A stretch of DNA of 62,211 nucleotides, counting the filler, from Choristocarpus tenellus KU-1152 (taxonomy: Eukaryota > Protista > Phaeophyceae), in the NCBI GenBank assembly GCA_964200185.2. It is 8 parts of 8 records of this genome, joined end to end, with 100 filler letters (N's around TTAATTAATTAA, not from the genome) between each part and the next. Parts side by side here need not be neighbours in the genome. Positions count along the whole stretch, not along the records: positions 22,638 to 31,742 come from CAXNAD020003978.1; positions 31,843 to 35,548 come from CAXNAD020018398.1; positions 35,649 to 56,648 come from CAXNAD020000365.1; 5 more parts are not named here. One strand, written 5' to 3'. Below the pieces are notes generated by a model, which saw only the letters and a program-made list of their open reading frames with translations, did no database searches and was not told where the DNA came from. Below, piece by piece: positions 24,876-36,236 of this stretch (position 1 is the stretch's first letter; each line of letters starts with the position of its first letter). Made by a program: the position numbers and the translations under genes.

Positions 24876-26109
24876 TTAAAACATAGGCTACTCATTCGAT
24901 TTGTTTTGATACGATACAGTATCGTAAGTTCATACTGAATGCTGCTGAATGTTTATCGTGCCTTTTGGAACATATACAATCCTAACACATGACCACGCCC
25001 AACTAATGTTCCCGCCCAAGAAAGACTCTTGGCACGAAAGGGTATGATACGTCTCTTCCCTATAGATACCCGTGTCAAAATATCGTAGAAGGATGGAAAA
25101 GGAAGAGAAAGTGTAGTGCACAGGACCGGTTTTTCACTTCAAGTCAACGTTCTGAAGAGTACGGTTAAGGGATGGAGATTAGGAGAAATTCAACAGGAGA
25201 GAAATGAGTGGCTTCTCCAGAAGACCTCCCAGCAGGTAACAATTGTATGCCGAAAGACAGGGTGAGTGAGGGTTAGCCGGTGCATGCCAGAACAAGAGAA
25301 TTGGCATCGATAGTCACGGAAAGGAACGCAGGATAGCAGAAGTTGTAACCCAAAAGCTGCCCACATCAGAGCATACAGTAATATATATGGATTGCATAGT
25401 CTGTAGTCTATTGAAAAAAAATCAATACATCTATTTTTTTTCTATTTAGTAACTGATTTTTGTGATCTTATCTTTTCTATTATTTATTTATTTTCAAGTA
25501 TATATACAGTGGGTGTACCTATAGGGTATTCCATCCGTGTCAGTTTTGCTACCTGTCTGTCAATGATTATAGTGCCTGAAAAATGCAAAGAGGTGAGGGG
25601 AAAGGCTTGTGAGTTGCATACATTCGGACATGATCGTGGATGAATTGTTTGGAGTTAGATTGCTGTTGTTATTGGGGTATACATTATGTCGCTTATTGTT
25701 AATGCCATGTCACACACACACACATCCCGGAATATGTTATATGGGAGAGGGTTAGGTGTATAGTGTGTCCGTACAGGATCGAAGGGGTGCTGCATGCCAT
25801 GGACCACACTTAGACAGGACACGGGATAATCATTGCATTGTAATGTTTCTTGAATTGTGACAATGATGGCAACTACTGTAACACACACACACACAAAATC
25901 TGAAATCCTATGTCTAAATTATATCATCTAAAAAGAGTAAGAAAATCTCAGAAATGTACAAGATGTTACTGAAGCTTTCTAGAATCCGTGAAGTGGACAA
26001 TATACTGCCATATCTATGCAAGTGTTTCAGTGGTTCTTGGAGCAACCTGTACTTAAAATCATCTTAATTCCATGGGAATAGCAAGGCATCATCTTTGCAT
26101 CCGAGAGCA

Positions 26110-26293
26110 GGCCCAAAGTATCTGGGAGGAGGGGGGGAGTCTACACCAGGGTGTCCATTCCGGGTCATATCCAGGAAAAGTGCACTTACATTATCCACCC
26201 GACATATGCAACCAAATAACCCAAAAATCGCGACATGAAAAAATTGGCCCCAACTGGACAGCCGCCACCCCCCCCCCACAGATACTTTGAGCC
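26110..26293. mobile_element. MITE family B complete copy (184 bp)
   Basis: GGCCCAAAGTATCTGGGAGG...CCCCACAGATACTTTGAGCC with flanks AGCA/GGCA. Further copies at about 35685-35870 and 40195-40356. Confidence 0.85.
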
Positions 26294-28443
26294 GGCACAA
26301 ACTTCCCTCTAGACCATCCTGAAAGGGGAGGGGGTGCTTCCAAAGGCGGAAGAATTTTTCGTTCCCTTCAATCTGCAACAACTTGGCAATGAAGACGTGT
26401 TCAATGTCCCCTTGAAAGCTATCAATCACTAGTGTAGATATCCTCAATAAGAATATGTGTGCACACCATCCAAACGAACTGGAGAAACTATTACTTGTTT
26501 GCAATAATTTACCATTCATAGAGTGGCCCGAATACTTCATTATGCCAGCGGCGTTCATATATTGGCGCTGGTGTGTGTGTGATGACCTCGTTGGAAGTGC
26601 AAGACATTCTCATGTGTTTGGTGCCGCAGTGTGGAGAGGGTCGGAGGCTATATATCTCTATATTTGAAGACAATGTGTTCCATTGCGAAGAGGATATCCG
26701 TCCAGGTATTGGCCACTTCTTGATCTTCTATGGTTCACCCATATTTCTATTGATGAATTACAAGGATTTGAGAGCTCTGATTTCTCTATTGATAAATTTC
26801 GACAGAATTCAGAAATTCCCTACACCAATTTGGACAAAATGCCGAAATTTGTAAATATTTGTTAGCATCCTTAAAATGCGACCCTGAGTACCTCTCGCAT
26901 ACGTTGCCTCTGTCCTCAATCTGAAGGTAGAGGAGCAGGTTTTGGGATCATTGGACTTTGAGGGGGGACTGGCTCTCATAAATACTAGAACATACTTGTC
27001 TGACGTTATGCAAAACAAATAACAGAGTCGATCAACAATCAAAACAGTCGGAATCCTCTTGCAAATCATCATGGTGTACTGTCAACGTCTGTACATACAC
27101 GCTCCACACACATGTAATAATGTACTTCAAAAACAGGTATGGCGATGGCGCAAAATATGAAATCATTAGCGGTGAAATGACCTCTACAACAACAAGACGT
27201 AGGAACAAGTAGGGGATGAAAACGCACCTCAGTGCGAAATGGTCTGCACGAACAGGCAATCAAAGACCTCATTCTGTGTGTAGTGCGACTGTACAATATA
27301 TGTAGAAGATCACCCAAAGAGAATGCACATCAAAATCTCCAAAGAATATGGGTACGGAAGGCCACCTTTCCACACCAACCACTCTCACATGTCATGGTGA
27401 GGGGTTTTGAGTACATAAGCTCTACAGTGACACTACTTGTTTACGTTCGGCAGAATATCTCCATCAACCAAGATAAATACCACAAAAGGGGAAGGAGATT
27501 TATGTATGTGTGCATACATATATGCACCTGGTAGAGTAACATACAAGCCTTGGGTTCAGATAAGAAGAGTCTCTGTCCATTTTCCAATATGAAACCTTTC
27601 CCACTTGGTTCAGTTGCCTTCACAGTATCACAATGTTAACAGTGTATGTATTGTTCGTACTTCGATTTTGTACAATAAAAGGGTTTTTGCATAAGTTGCC
27701 ACCTACTTCTCTACTTTTGCGCCAACCAACCACCACTCGTGTTTGAGCCGTTCTTTGCATCCTCACCCCTGCTGTGTACCCAACTGAGTTCGAACAGCCC
27801 AATGTCCATAGTGAGCACTGGTCTTTTACAGGAGGGATTCAAACACACCCAGTGCAGTACGTAAAACAATTTGTGTTTTCTATCAACAGAAGAGGACAGG
27901 ACCCTCCCCCCCTATACAAGACCATCGCGTCTTACATCGATGAAAAGATCAACAAAGGTCAGCTGGAGAGAGGGATTTGGAATATTCACATAAACAATAC
28001 TACTCCTTTCCAGGTCCATTGTAGACTTCGAAGTACACGGACAAGTACACCAAGCATTTGCTATTGGTGTCAATCGTCAACCATCACCACAACCTAACCT
28101 GTTCCTCACCCTTAGTCTACCTATCTTCAAGTTGGATACACAACAATTGATTCCCTTGGCATGGAATCTATCCAAACGAATGGGCCATGAGCAAACACAT
28201 GGACTGTTTATCCTTCAATCAATCCCTATCACGATATCTGCCTAATATGATCACTGCGCCTCACCAGTATGTGACACAAACATATACAAAGGTAAACTCT
28301 CTCTTTATCACGCGTCTGTTTCAGCAGGAATATTTTTCTCTTCTCCACCTAACCCATCAGTGGGGTTATGGACAAGCAAAAAATTACCACACAAATCTGA
28401 AAATTCCATAACCCTAACCAAGCACCGAAAGGGAAGAAGAATG

Positions 28444-31400
28444 TCATTTCTTCAGGAGGTAGCTGTAGTTGATGGCCAGCAGTCGAACAAACTCATCAAA
28501 GGAGAGCACATTGTTCCGATCAACATCCGCCTGCAACCAAAAAGGGGTGCAGCAAAGGCAGAATGGACAAGTGGAGTCAGGATCAAATAAGTTTGGTCGT
28601 ATCCAACAAAAATATTTCTGAGCATCAAATTGGGAAGTAATCACATGCGGATTGCCACTGGAGTAGTGTGATGCCTATCCACTCTCACCATTTTACAGAG
28701 TATCTGCCAACAAAACCATGGCAAACGGTCTACCAACCAGGGACTTGCTTACTTCCCTCGTTTCTTGTCTCTCAAGACCAGGTCTTCGAGTCTAGACTTG
28801 GTGCCATGATCTACGCCTTGCAGTAATAGTAACTGTAACCCTGACCCTAAGTACACACATGACCAAGTAAGACAGGTGGCTAGTGAGAAAAGGTCCTGAC
28901 CCACACAAAATCAACAGCACATCATTCTTTAGTCACATGGAGTGATGGTATCACTAATATCGGTACAAATAGAACAGGGGAAGACCAATACACACTTACG
29001 TCTCCTCACTCCACTCACAAACTACTCACAGAAGTGTAAGTCACAGACAGAACCAGTCTAGTTGGCATGAAGTATTGTCGGCTCCTCACCACTTGACTAT
29101 TGCTACCACTGAGTATACCACTGCTCTGAAAAAGTTAAATTCCAACAGATATTTCACCTAATATTTAAATTACAAGTTGCAACTATTTCATGGTTTTCCA
29201 CTTGGTGAAAAAGTTAACACTTTCTCAATGATCAAACGGTCCTCAGGGACATTGATGACATCTCGCACCTGGCACATAATAACTCGGATCTCCTCATCAG
29301 AAGTAAATTTGCCAAAGGTTCGCAAACCAAGTTGGAGCTCCCTACAATAGAAGTTGCCACACGCACAAGTTGATATGGCAGTGCAGGGCCAGGGTAGGGG
29401 ATCAGCCCTTGAAGGTCAAGCACACGTGGGCTCCAACAGATTATCACCCAACATATATTCAGTTATTCAACTTCTGGTGCCCAGTTGTAGGATTGAGCAG
29501 TCTAGCTCTCAGCAGCTGAGTTGTACAGGAGTCTACATCAAGACCTTGGTCTTTGAGGGAGGTCAGCAAAGATGGAAGGGCGAAGTGAAATGTACCCTCC
29601 ATTGAAGAAGAGATAACATGCAAGGGTCTGCGCAGGAGGACTTCATAGTGAAACAGAGCACAACCTCCTCAAATGGACCTTAATTATGTTTAAGTGCCTA
29701 CACACGTGTAAGACATGCTTGCTCCAAACAGAAAACAAAAGGCTAGTAGAAGAGACACTAAATTACAACTAGGTCCTAAAGGGAGTAACAGCTGCAGCAC
29801 TAGAGCTCTAAGCTCAACTCCAACGCCCTTCAATTCCTCAGCAACACATCAGGTACACACTGCTTTTCCATAAAATGATACAAAACAGTGGGGTGAATAA
29901 ATGAACAAAAACAACACAAAAGAAGAATTGAGAGTGTGTTCCAAACACCCTTGAATAAAGTGAAAGTCTTTGTTACCACTAGGATAGTGAAGGGCCACTC
30001 ACTTCTGATCAATGGCATTGTTACCATCCAGGTCGAGTTGCTTGAAGACAGAGAATGCCATGTCAACAAAGTTTGTTGACAGACCAAAGTCACCAACAAC
30101 ACGCCTCACACGTTGGACCACCTGCAACACCAATCCACAGAAAAAAAACAGTAGATAACTTGAAATGCAATAAATTTAATGAAACCATAACATTATATCA
30201 AAGAAAAGGACTCCAATGTACATATTTGAACCTGGATAGTGCAATATTTTTCCTGGTTAATACGTGCCTGCTCCCCAAAAATAAGCATGACTGAGGAGGT
30301 TGGGGTTAGGGTTATGATTAGGCTCCACTCACACCACTGACTGAAATCTGATCCATTCCATTGCTGAAAAATGATCTACCATAAAATTCAATATTAACAA
30401 ATGTGGTGGCTGGGCAGATACATGGCACACAGTTACAGAATATTCATTGTTTGCAGTTGGTCGCCTTCACTCAGAGAACTCAAAAGGGTGACCAAGGACC
30501 TCCTCACCCATAACCATAAAATCCCTAACCCTAACATGGAAGGCGGTACAATCAGGAAGATAGCTTTATTACTCCACACACATTCCTGTAGGACTAGGAG
30601 GTTAACAATGAAAACTATTGAGGGGGGTCAGGGTTAGAGCTTCGGACAAATATATCATGGAAAGTATTGTATTATTGCCTGCTAGCTCTCATGAGGGTAG
30701 GGTGCTCTCAAAAAAAGATATTATAGTAACCCATATCTCCCTCACCCTGACTACAAATCGCTAGAGAACAAAATAGATATTTTTATGTTGAATGTTATCA
30801 CTCTATAGTGTAGTATTGATATCAGATAATTGGAAGGTGCATGTATGCAAGTAGACGGAGGGTATGCATGACAGTCCACACCTACCAGGAATGCCTTCAC
30901 ATGTACTTGCAAACCCCCATACACGCTTACACCTCTGTGTACACACACTATAAAAAACTGACAATAAACACATATCTCTTAGGTCATTGCCCTCAAGCAT
31001 TGCACTGACTGGTTTTGTGCTGCCTAGCCCCACCCTAACCCTAATCTTCCCAGGTAGCAGACTCGGATATTCAATATAACATCAACACTTTGCAGGAAGT
31101 ACAAAGGGCCATTCGTGTTTAAAAGGGTAATCATTTCTTCTTCTCAAAAAGGATTGGGCTAGTGATGACATCAACCTTCTTTTCCACACATAAATTGCAA
31201 AAGAAAAACTTTCTCTTGTACAGACAAAAAGATATATTCTTCTTTCTTTAGCACATATTCTTCCATCTTGTATTAGGTATATTTGTTAACAAAACAGAAC
31301 AGTAAAAAAGAAAGTGATAACAAGGGCGTATTTTCACCTCCTTTTCCTCTATCTGTGGTCCGGTCATGGCCACCTCAATCCCAGCAGTCGCCCTGTTGTG

Positions 31401-31472
31401 GACCTCGAGAAAGGTAAGAAGGTCGTAGACAACATGTGCAACTGTAGGTACTGCCAGATTACCCCCTGAGAG
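28444..31472 (-). CDS. 3' part of a CPBP/CAAX-protease (Abi/Rce1-like) membrane protein with a C-terminal EF-hand pair
   Basis: Phase-consistent GT-AG exons: 31472-31338 (LSGGNLAVPTVAHVVYDLLTF...), 30121-30003 (AFSVFKQLDLDGNNAIDQK), 29341-29269 (ELQLGLRTFGKFTSDEEIRVIMCQ), 28530-28444 (ADVDRNNVLSFDEFVRLL...*). EF-hands are clear; the CPBP call rests on one motif. Confidence 0.75.
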
Positions 31473-31742
31473 CTGCATTGAGTTTAATAGTGATGAACAA
31501 GAAAATGGTCAAACAGATTTGTATTTTTTATCCAATAGGGGATTGTAGGACATGTTCAGGATGAGCAATGGCTCAATTGCACTATTTCACCCTATCAATC
31601 AAGGGTTGCCAGCTTTCAGTATCGGCAGAGACAACACTGCTATCTGCATTATAGTGTCCCCCTCCCCCCCCCCCCCCCCCCCCCCCGCCCCACAACCCAA
31701 TTTTTACGATTTTTTTGTTATTTTTTTTTTTTTAAAAAAAAA

Positions 31743-31842
31743 NNNNNNNNNNNNNNNNNNNNNNNNNNNNNNNNNNNNNNNNNNNNTTAATTAATTAANN
31801 NNNNNNNNNNNNNNNNNNNNNNNNNNNNNNNNNNNNNNNNNN
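31743..31842. other. Artificial assembly spacer
   Basis: N44-TTAATTAATTAA-N44. Confidence 0.98.
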
Positions 31843-32105
31843 ATGGGCAACCGTTGGGGAAGCACCTTCCTGAGGCAAGTGCTGTGAACTCAAGGATGAG
31901 ACATATCCTACACTCCCTTCACCATCTCGGGTAGTGTCTCTGGACAGACTCATGTCAACCTGACCTCCCTCCCAATCACCAGGGAAAGGATCGACAGACA
32001 GATCCTTGACAATCTGATCTACACTCTCTTCACCAAGGGCAGGATCATTGGTCGAACCGTCTCCTTTGTTGCCAATGGATGCCCTCTCACCTAGTACAAG
32101 CCTGT

Positions 32106-32364
32106 GAGTGAACGTATCTTTGAGGGTACGAGGTTTCCCCTATTTTTCCATTTGGGGCTTGTCTTCCCTCGGGTTTTTAATGACATTTTCCTACTCCGAA
32201 ATGTTTCCAAGTAGGTAAAATTTATACATCATGAAAAGGTGCGTCCGGAACAAGGATATATTGACACCTCCTAACATCACGATAGCCAAAACTACATCAA
32301 AATTGCAACATTGGATTTTGGTCCCCAAACGGATGCGGCTCTACCCTCTAAGATACATTGACTT
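32106..32364. mobile_element. MITE family A copy 3 (259 bp)
   Basis: GAGTGAACGTATCTTTGAGGGTAC...TACCCTCTAAGATACATTGACTT, colinear with 2366-2623. No TSD visible. Confidence 0.85.
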
Positions 32365-32513
32365 GGGGCTTGATGCAGACCCTCGTTCTGAGGACAGGTT
32401 TTCCAATCCTGAAGCAGGTGACTCACCATTAGATGTACAGTCTCTTTGTTCATCTCGCTTCTCCACTTCATCCATCTCTTATTACTCTTCCTGTAGCGAT
32501 GGAAGCGAGGACA

Positions 32514-32660
32514 GAGTCGAAGTATCTTAGAGGGTAGGGCCGCGTCCATTTGGGGGCTAAACATTTTGAGGTGGAAAAATGTCATTAAAAAATCCACGGA
32601 AAGCCAAGCACCGAATGAACAGACGTGACAAAACCCGTACCCTCTAAAATACTTCCACTC
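32514..32660. mobile_element. MITE family A short variant (147 bp)
   Basis: GAGTCGAAGTATCTTAGAGGGTAG...GTACCCTCTAAAATACTTCCACTC; lacks about 110 internal bp. Confidence 0.8.
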
Positions 32661-32790
32661 AGGTCGACAAAAACCCGCCCCGGTTTTCTCATCGCCCGTG
32701 AAGACGTACTGGACGGGATCCCCTTCCGTATGTCTTTACTCATTGAGCAGCGAGCACACAATAGCACCGCGCTTAATGGAAACAATTCCT
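32661..32790 (-). mobile_element. Copia pre-integrase/integrase fragment
   Basis: CARCSMSKDIRKGIPSSTSSRAMRKPGRVFVDL matches the CxxC...K.....P......RA.......V..D start of Copia integrase. Confidence 0.7.
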
Positions 32791-32828
32791 TTCTATCCGT
32801 TCTTATACAAGAACAAATATGGATTAAC

Positions 32829-35019
32829 TCTTGAAGTATCCCACACTGGACCCGCGGCTTTGGTGCTTTAATGAAGGACAAAGAATAGCTTGACGTAGAT
32901 GAGCAAAATTAATATTACAAGGGGCCTCATGGTCTCAATTCCTCTGACTGACTACGTGGGCAAGACTATAGCCTAGACTACCATTATTTCTATAGTATGG
33001 GGTTTGCAATCGTCCACACTAATTTACTATGAATCACTTATTTACCTGTCTCAAGTATAGGAAGAGTATCTTGAACATGATATAAAAACCATTCAACAAT
33101 ATGAGTCAGTACATAAAATATATCTGTCACTGGCTCTCCATCCTACTATTTAATTCACCGTTGGTGTCTACGTGTATCAGCAGCACTATCTACGAACACT
33201 CTCCCTTGCTGCGCAGACACTATACACCTTGAGATTCTACTTCTCTCAAACTTGGAGAAAAAACAAACTTCTTTTAACTCTCTCAAAAACATTGCAATAA
33301 ATATACCCCAACATCAATGTTGACATTGGGTCTGTGTAGGTACAAAAAATCAGTCATCAATTCTAAACGTCTGTCCTGCTGCAGTCTCCCGTGGAAACAT
33401 TATGGGGCCCTTTCTCCTGCAAGTCCTTAGCGATGCCACGTTGTGTCTCCAACAATCCATGAAATGGCAGGGTCCTTAGCAATGCATACAGCATCTCCTA
33501 CAATCAACGAAACCTCCCTAGTACATTACTACTACAAATCTTCGGAACAAAGTAATATTGTGGAGATGTCACATCCTACCTATCCTATCACAATCTCTAT
33601 GAACACGTCCTGGGGGTGTTTCTACTGTGGGTCCTTAGCCATACCAAAATGCGTCTCCCACGATCCTGGAAATATCCCTAGCGTCACGCCTAAAGTGAAT
33701 ATTTGGAAAAGAGTAGTACTAAAAAATTGACATATCACTGAAATACCATACACTCAAAAATGAGGAAAAGCTCTCCATGACTTTAATAGCTCTTCTATCT
33801 AAAGTCAGTCTGCATACAACATCACAGCTCTCACTTGACTACTGTGGGTATGCACGAAAATACACAACTAATGGGGGCAAACTCTAATAAAATAATTTGA
33901 AAGAACACAAGGGAAGATAGTAACAAAGGGGTAATGTTCTCAGTCACCGAAATAAGAGCTCCTGATGAAGCCTTCCAATCTTTCCAGTCTCGAACTGATA
34001 TCTTCCACCTTTCGAGATTCGGTTGGGGGAGGAGTTGTGGTCGATACCATATGCGATCCCTCCTTAGCCCCCCTTCCAGAAGGTTTTCTTGTCCTTTCCC
34101 TGGCTCGAACAGTCAGGGGATATTCGCCCACCTCGTGACTTAACCCTGTGCATCTCATGCATCTTCTACCTTGGTCATCATCTCCCCCCAGTTTTGTAGC
34201 CCGATCGAGGTTGAGGCAGCTGTGCTCTGTGTGACCATCTTTGCCAAACATAAAACAGACTACACAGCCCTTTCCTCGACCCTTTCTACCAGCAGTCCAC
34301 CTTCCCGCACTCACAACCAGAGCATGGCAGTTCCCTTCGCCACTTGAGAAATTTGAAAAATTCCTTGCTGGAAGTCTTTACCTCGACTCCACGTCCACCG
34401 CCTAGACTGATCCCCTACAGTTGATGTCGGAGCCATAAAGACCGAGGTCACAGTCATAGACTCTAAGGGTAGCTTGGGTTCTCACTGAAAAAGAGAGGAA
34501 GTCCTCTCCCTACTTCCAAGCGAACGTGGGGAGGTTGGCGACCCTGATGGGTTTGCCAGCAGATGTCTTGTATAGAATAACAATGCTCACTACCAGTCTT
34601 GTCGCTTCACACAACATCCCAAGAATAATCGGTCTGCTACGTAGCGTGTTGAAGTATCCCACACTGGACCCGTGGCTTTGGTGCTTTAATGAAGGACAAA
34701 GAACAGCTTGATGTAGATGAGCAAAGTTAATATTACAAGGTGCCTTATGGTCTCAATTCCTCTGACTGACTACGTGGGCAAGACTATAGCCTAGACTGCC
34801 ATTATTGTTTCTATAGTGTGGGGTTTGCAATCGTCCACACTAATTTACTATGAATCACTTATTTACTTGTCTTAAGTATAGGAAGTGTATCTTGAACATG
34901 ATATTAAAACCATTCAACAATATGAGTCAGTACATAAAATATATCTGTCACTGGCTCCCCATCCTATTATTTAATTCACCAGTGGTGTCTACGTGTATCA
35001 GCAGCACTATCTACGATCA
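32829..35019 (-). mobile_element. Short non-autonomous LTR retroelement (2.2 kb) with two ~370-bp LTRs and a gag zinc-knuckle remnant
   Basis: Highly similar direct repeats at 32829-33198 and 34647-35019 with T(G/C)TTG...CA ends. TSD TTAAC/TGAAC. Minus-strand PPT (CTCTCCCTT on + at 33199). Degenerate CCHC motifs CFMFGKDGHTEHSC and CMRCTGLSHEVGEY. No pol. Confidence 0.88.
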
Positions 35020-35548
35020 TGAACCAACTAATAATTCTTGTATTCTGACTCTGCATGTATACTACTAGTGATATCCGTTACAGTTGGAGGAGTCTGGTCA
35101 AACAGCCAATTCGATACTAGAGGGCATGAAAGACCAGCCGCTCGAGGAATCCTTGCACCAGTCAGACAATAAAAGCTCGGGTGACAAGGCTGACGATGAG
35201 TTTATAGGAAGGGGCAGCGCATCGGGGGCCGCGAGGAAAGGAGCAGCCTCTTTCTTCAGTATTATCGATTCCTCCACCGCCTCACTACTCTCAAGTAGCT
35301 GACGACTTTGCAAGCTTAGAAACAACCGCCGAAGAGTGTAGCAGGAACAATGTTTCTTGGCTCAGCGAAATCAGGGCAAGGCCAATCAAACAAGCGGACA
35401 TTCGCGATTTCTATTAGCGAATAAGTTGTTTACCCAGTGCGGGCAGGGGGGGTGCATGATCGCCCAGCTGCATTTGATCTGCGGTGGCATTATTGATACT
35501 GTAGTGTACAATAAATATCCTTGTAGAGAGTGCAATTGAGTACGTAGG

Positions 35549-35648
35549 NNNNNNNNNNNNNNNNNNNNNNNNNNNNNNNNNNNNNNNNNNNNTTAATTAA
35601 TTAANNNNNNNNNNNNNNNNNNNNNNNNNNNNNNNNNNNNNNNNNNNN
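35549..35648. other. Artificial assembly spacer
   Basis: N44-TTAATTAATTAA-N44. Confidence 0.98.
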
Positions 35649-35684
35649 ATTTAGTATTTCTTTCCGGCGACTGCCTTGGTGGCC

Positions 35685-35870
35685 GTCCCAGCAAGTCTTC
35701 GGGCGGGGGGGGGGGGGGGGGGGGGGGGGTTTACACCAGGGTGTCCATTTGGGTTATAACCAGGAAAAGTCCACTTACATTGTCCATCTGACATACGCAA
35801 CCAAATCACCCAAAAATAAAAAACATTGACCCCAAATGGACAACCGCCTCCCCCCCAGATACTTTGAGCC
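35685..35870. mobile_element. MITE family B copy
   Basis: Poly-G-TTTACACCAGGGTGTCCATT...CCCCCCAGATACTTTGAGCC, colinear with 26110-26293. Confidence 0.85.
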
Positions 35871-36236
35871 AGTTATTGATGCTGTGGTGGAACCCATCAC
35901 CAAGACAGGCATGGATCTGCAAAAAGATGAACTACATCTCCACTGGCAACATAGTATACCCAGCCATTCCCTTACAGTTTGGACAGAGGATGGAGGACAT
36001 TTGGTCAAAATTGCTATCTTACCAAAGGAAAGGTCAAGCTGCCTCCAAAACTATTGTAGGCAATGTCTCCCCGTTGCACATACCCACAATCTCTCAGGTA
36101 CAAGCACTAGTGCAGCTGCAGCCACAGCCTGACTCTGCAGAACTTATAAATAAGTTAGGGGTGATGTAAAGGTGTTTACAAAGAAGGTATTTTTACACAA
36201 CTGACTACATCTGAGCAGGAAGAGCTACCAGACAGT

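Noticed and set aside
30880-30948. Extra exon in the EF-hand gene
   Set aside because: The flanking exons already join in phase without it, and it has no supporting motif.
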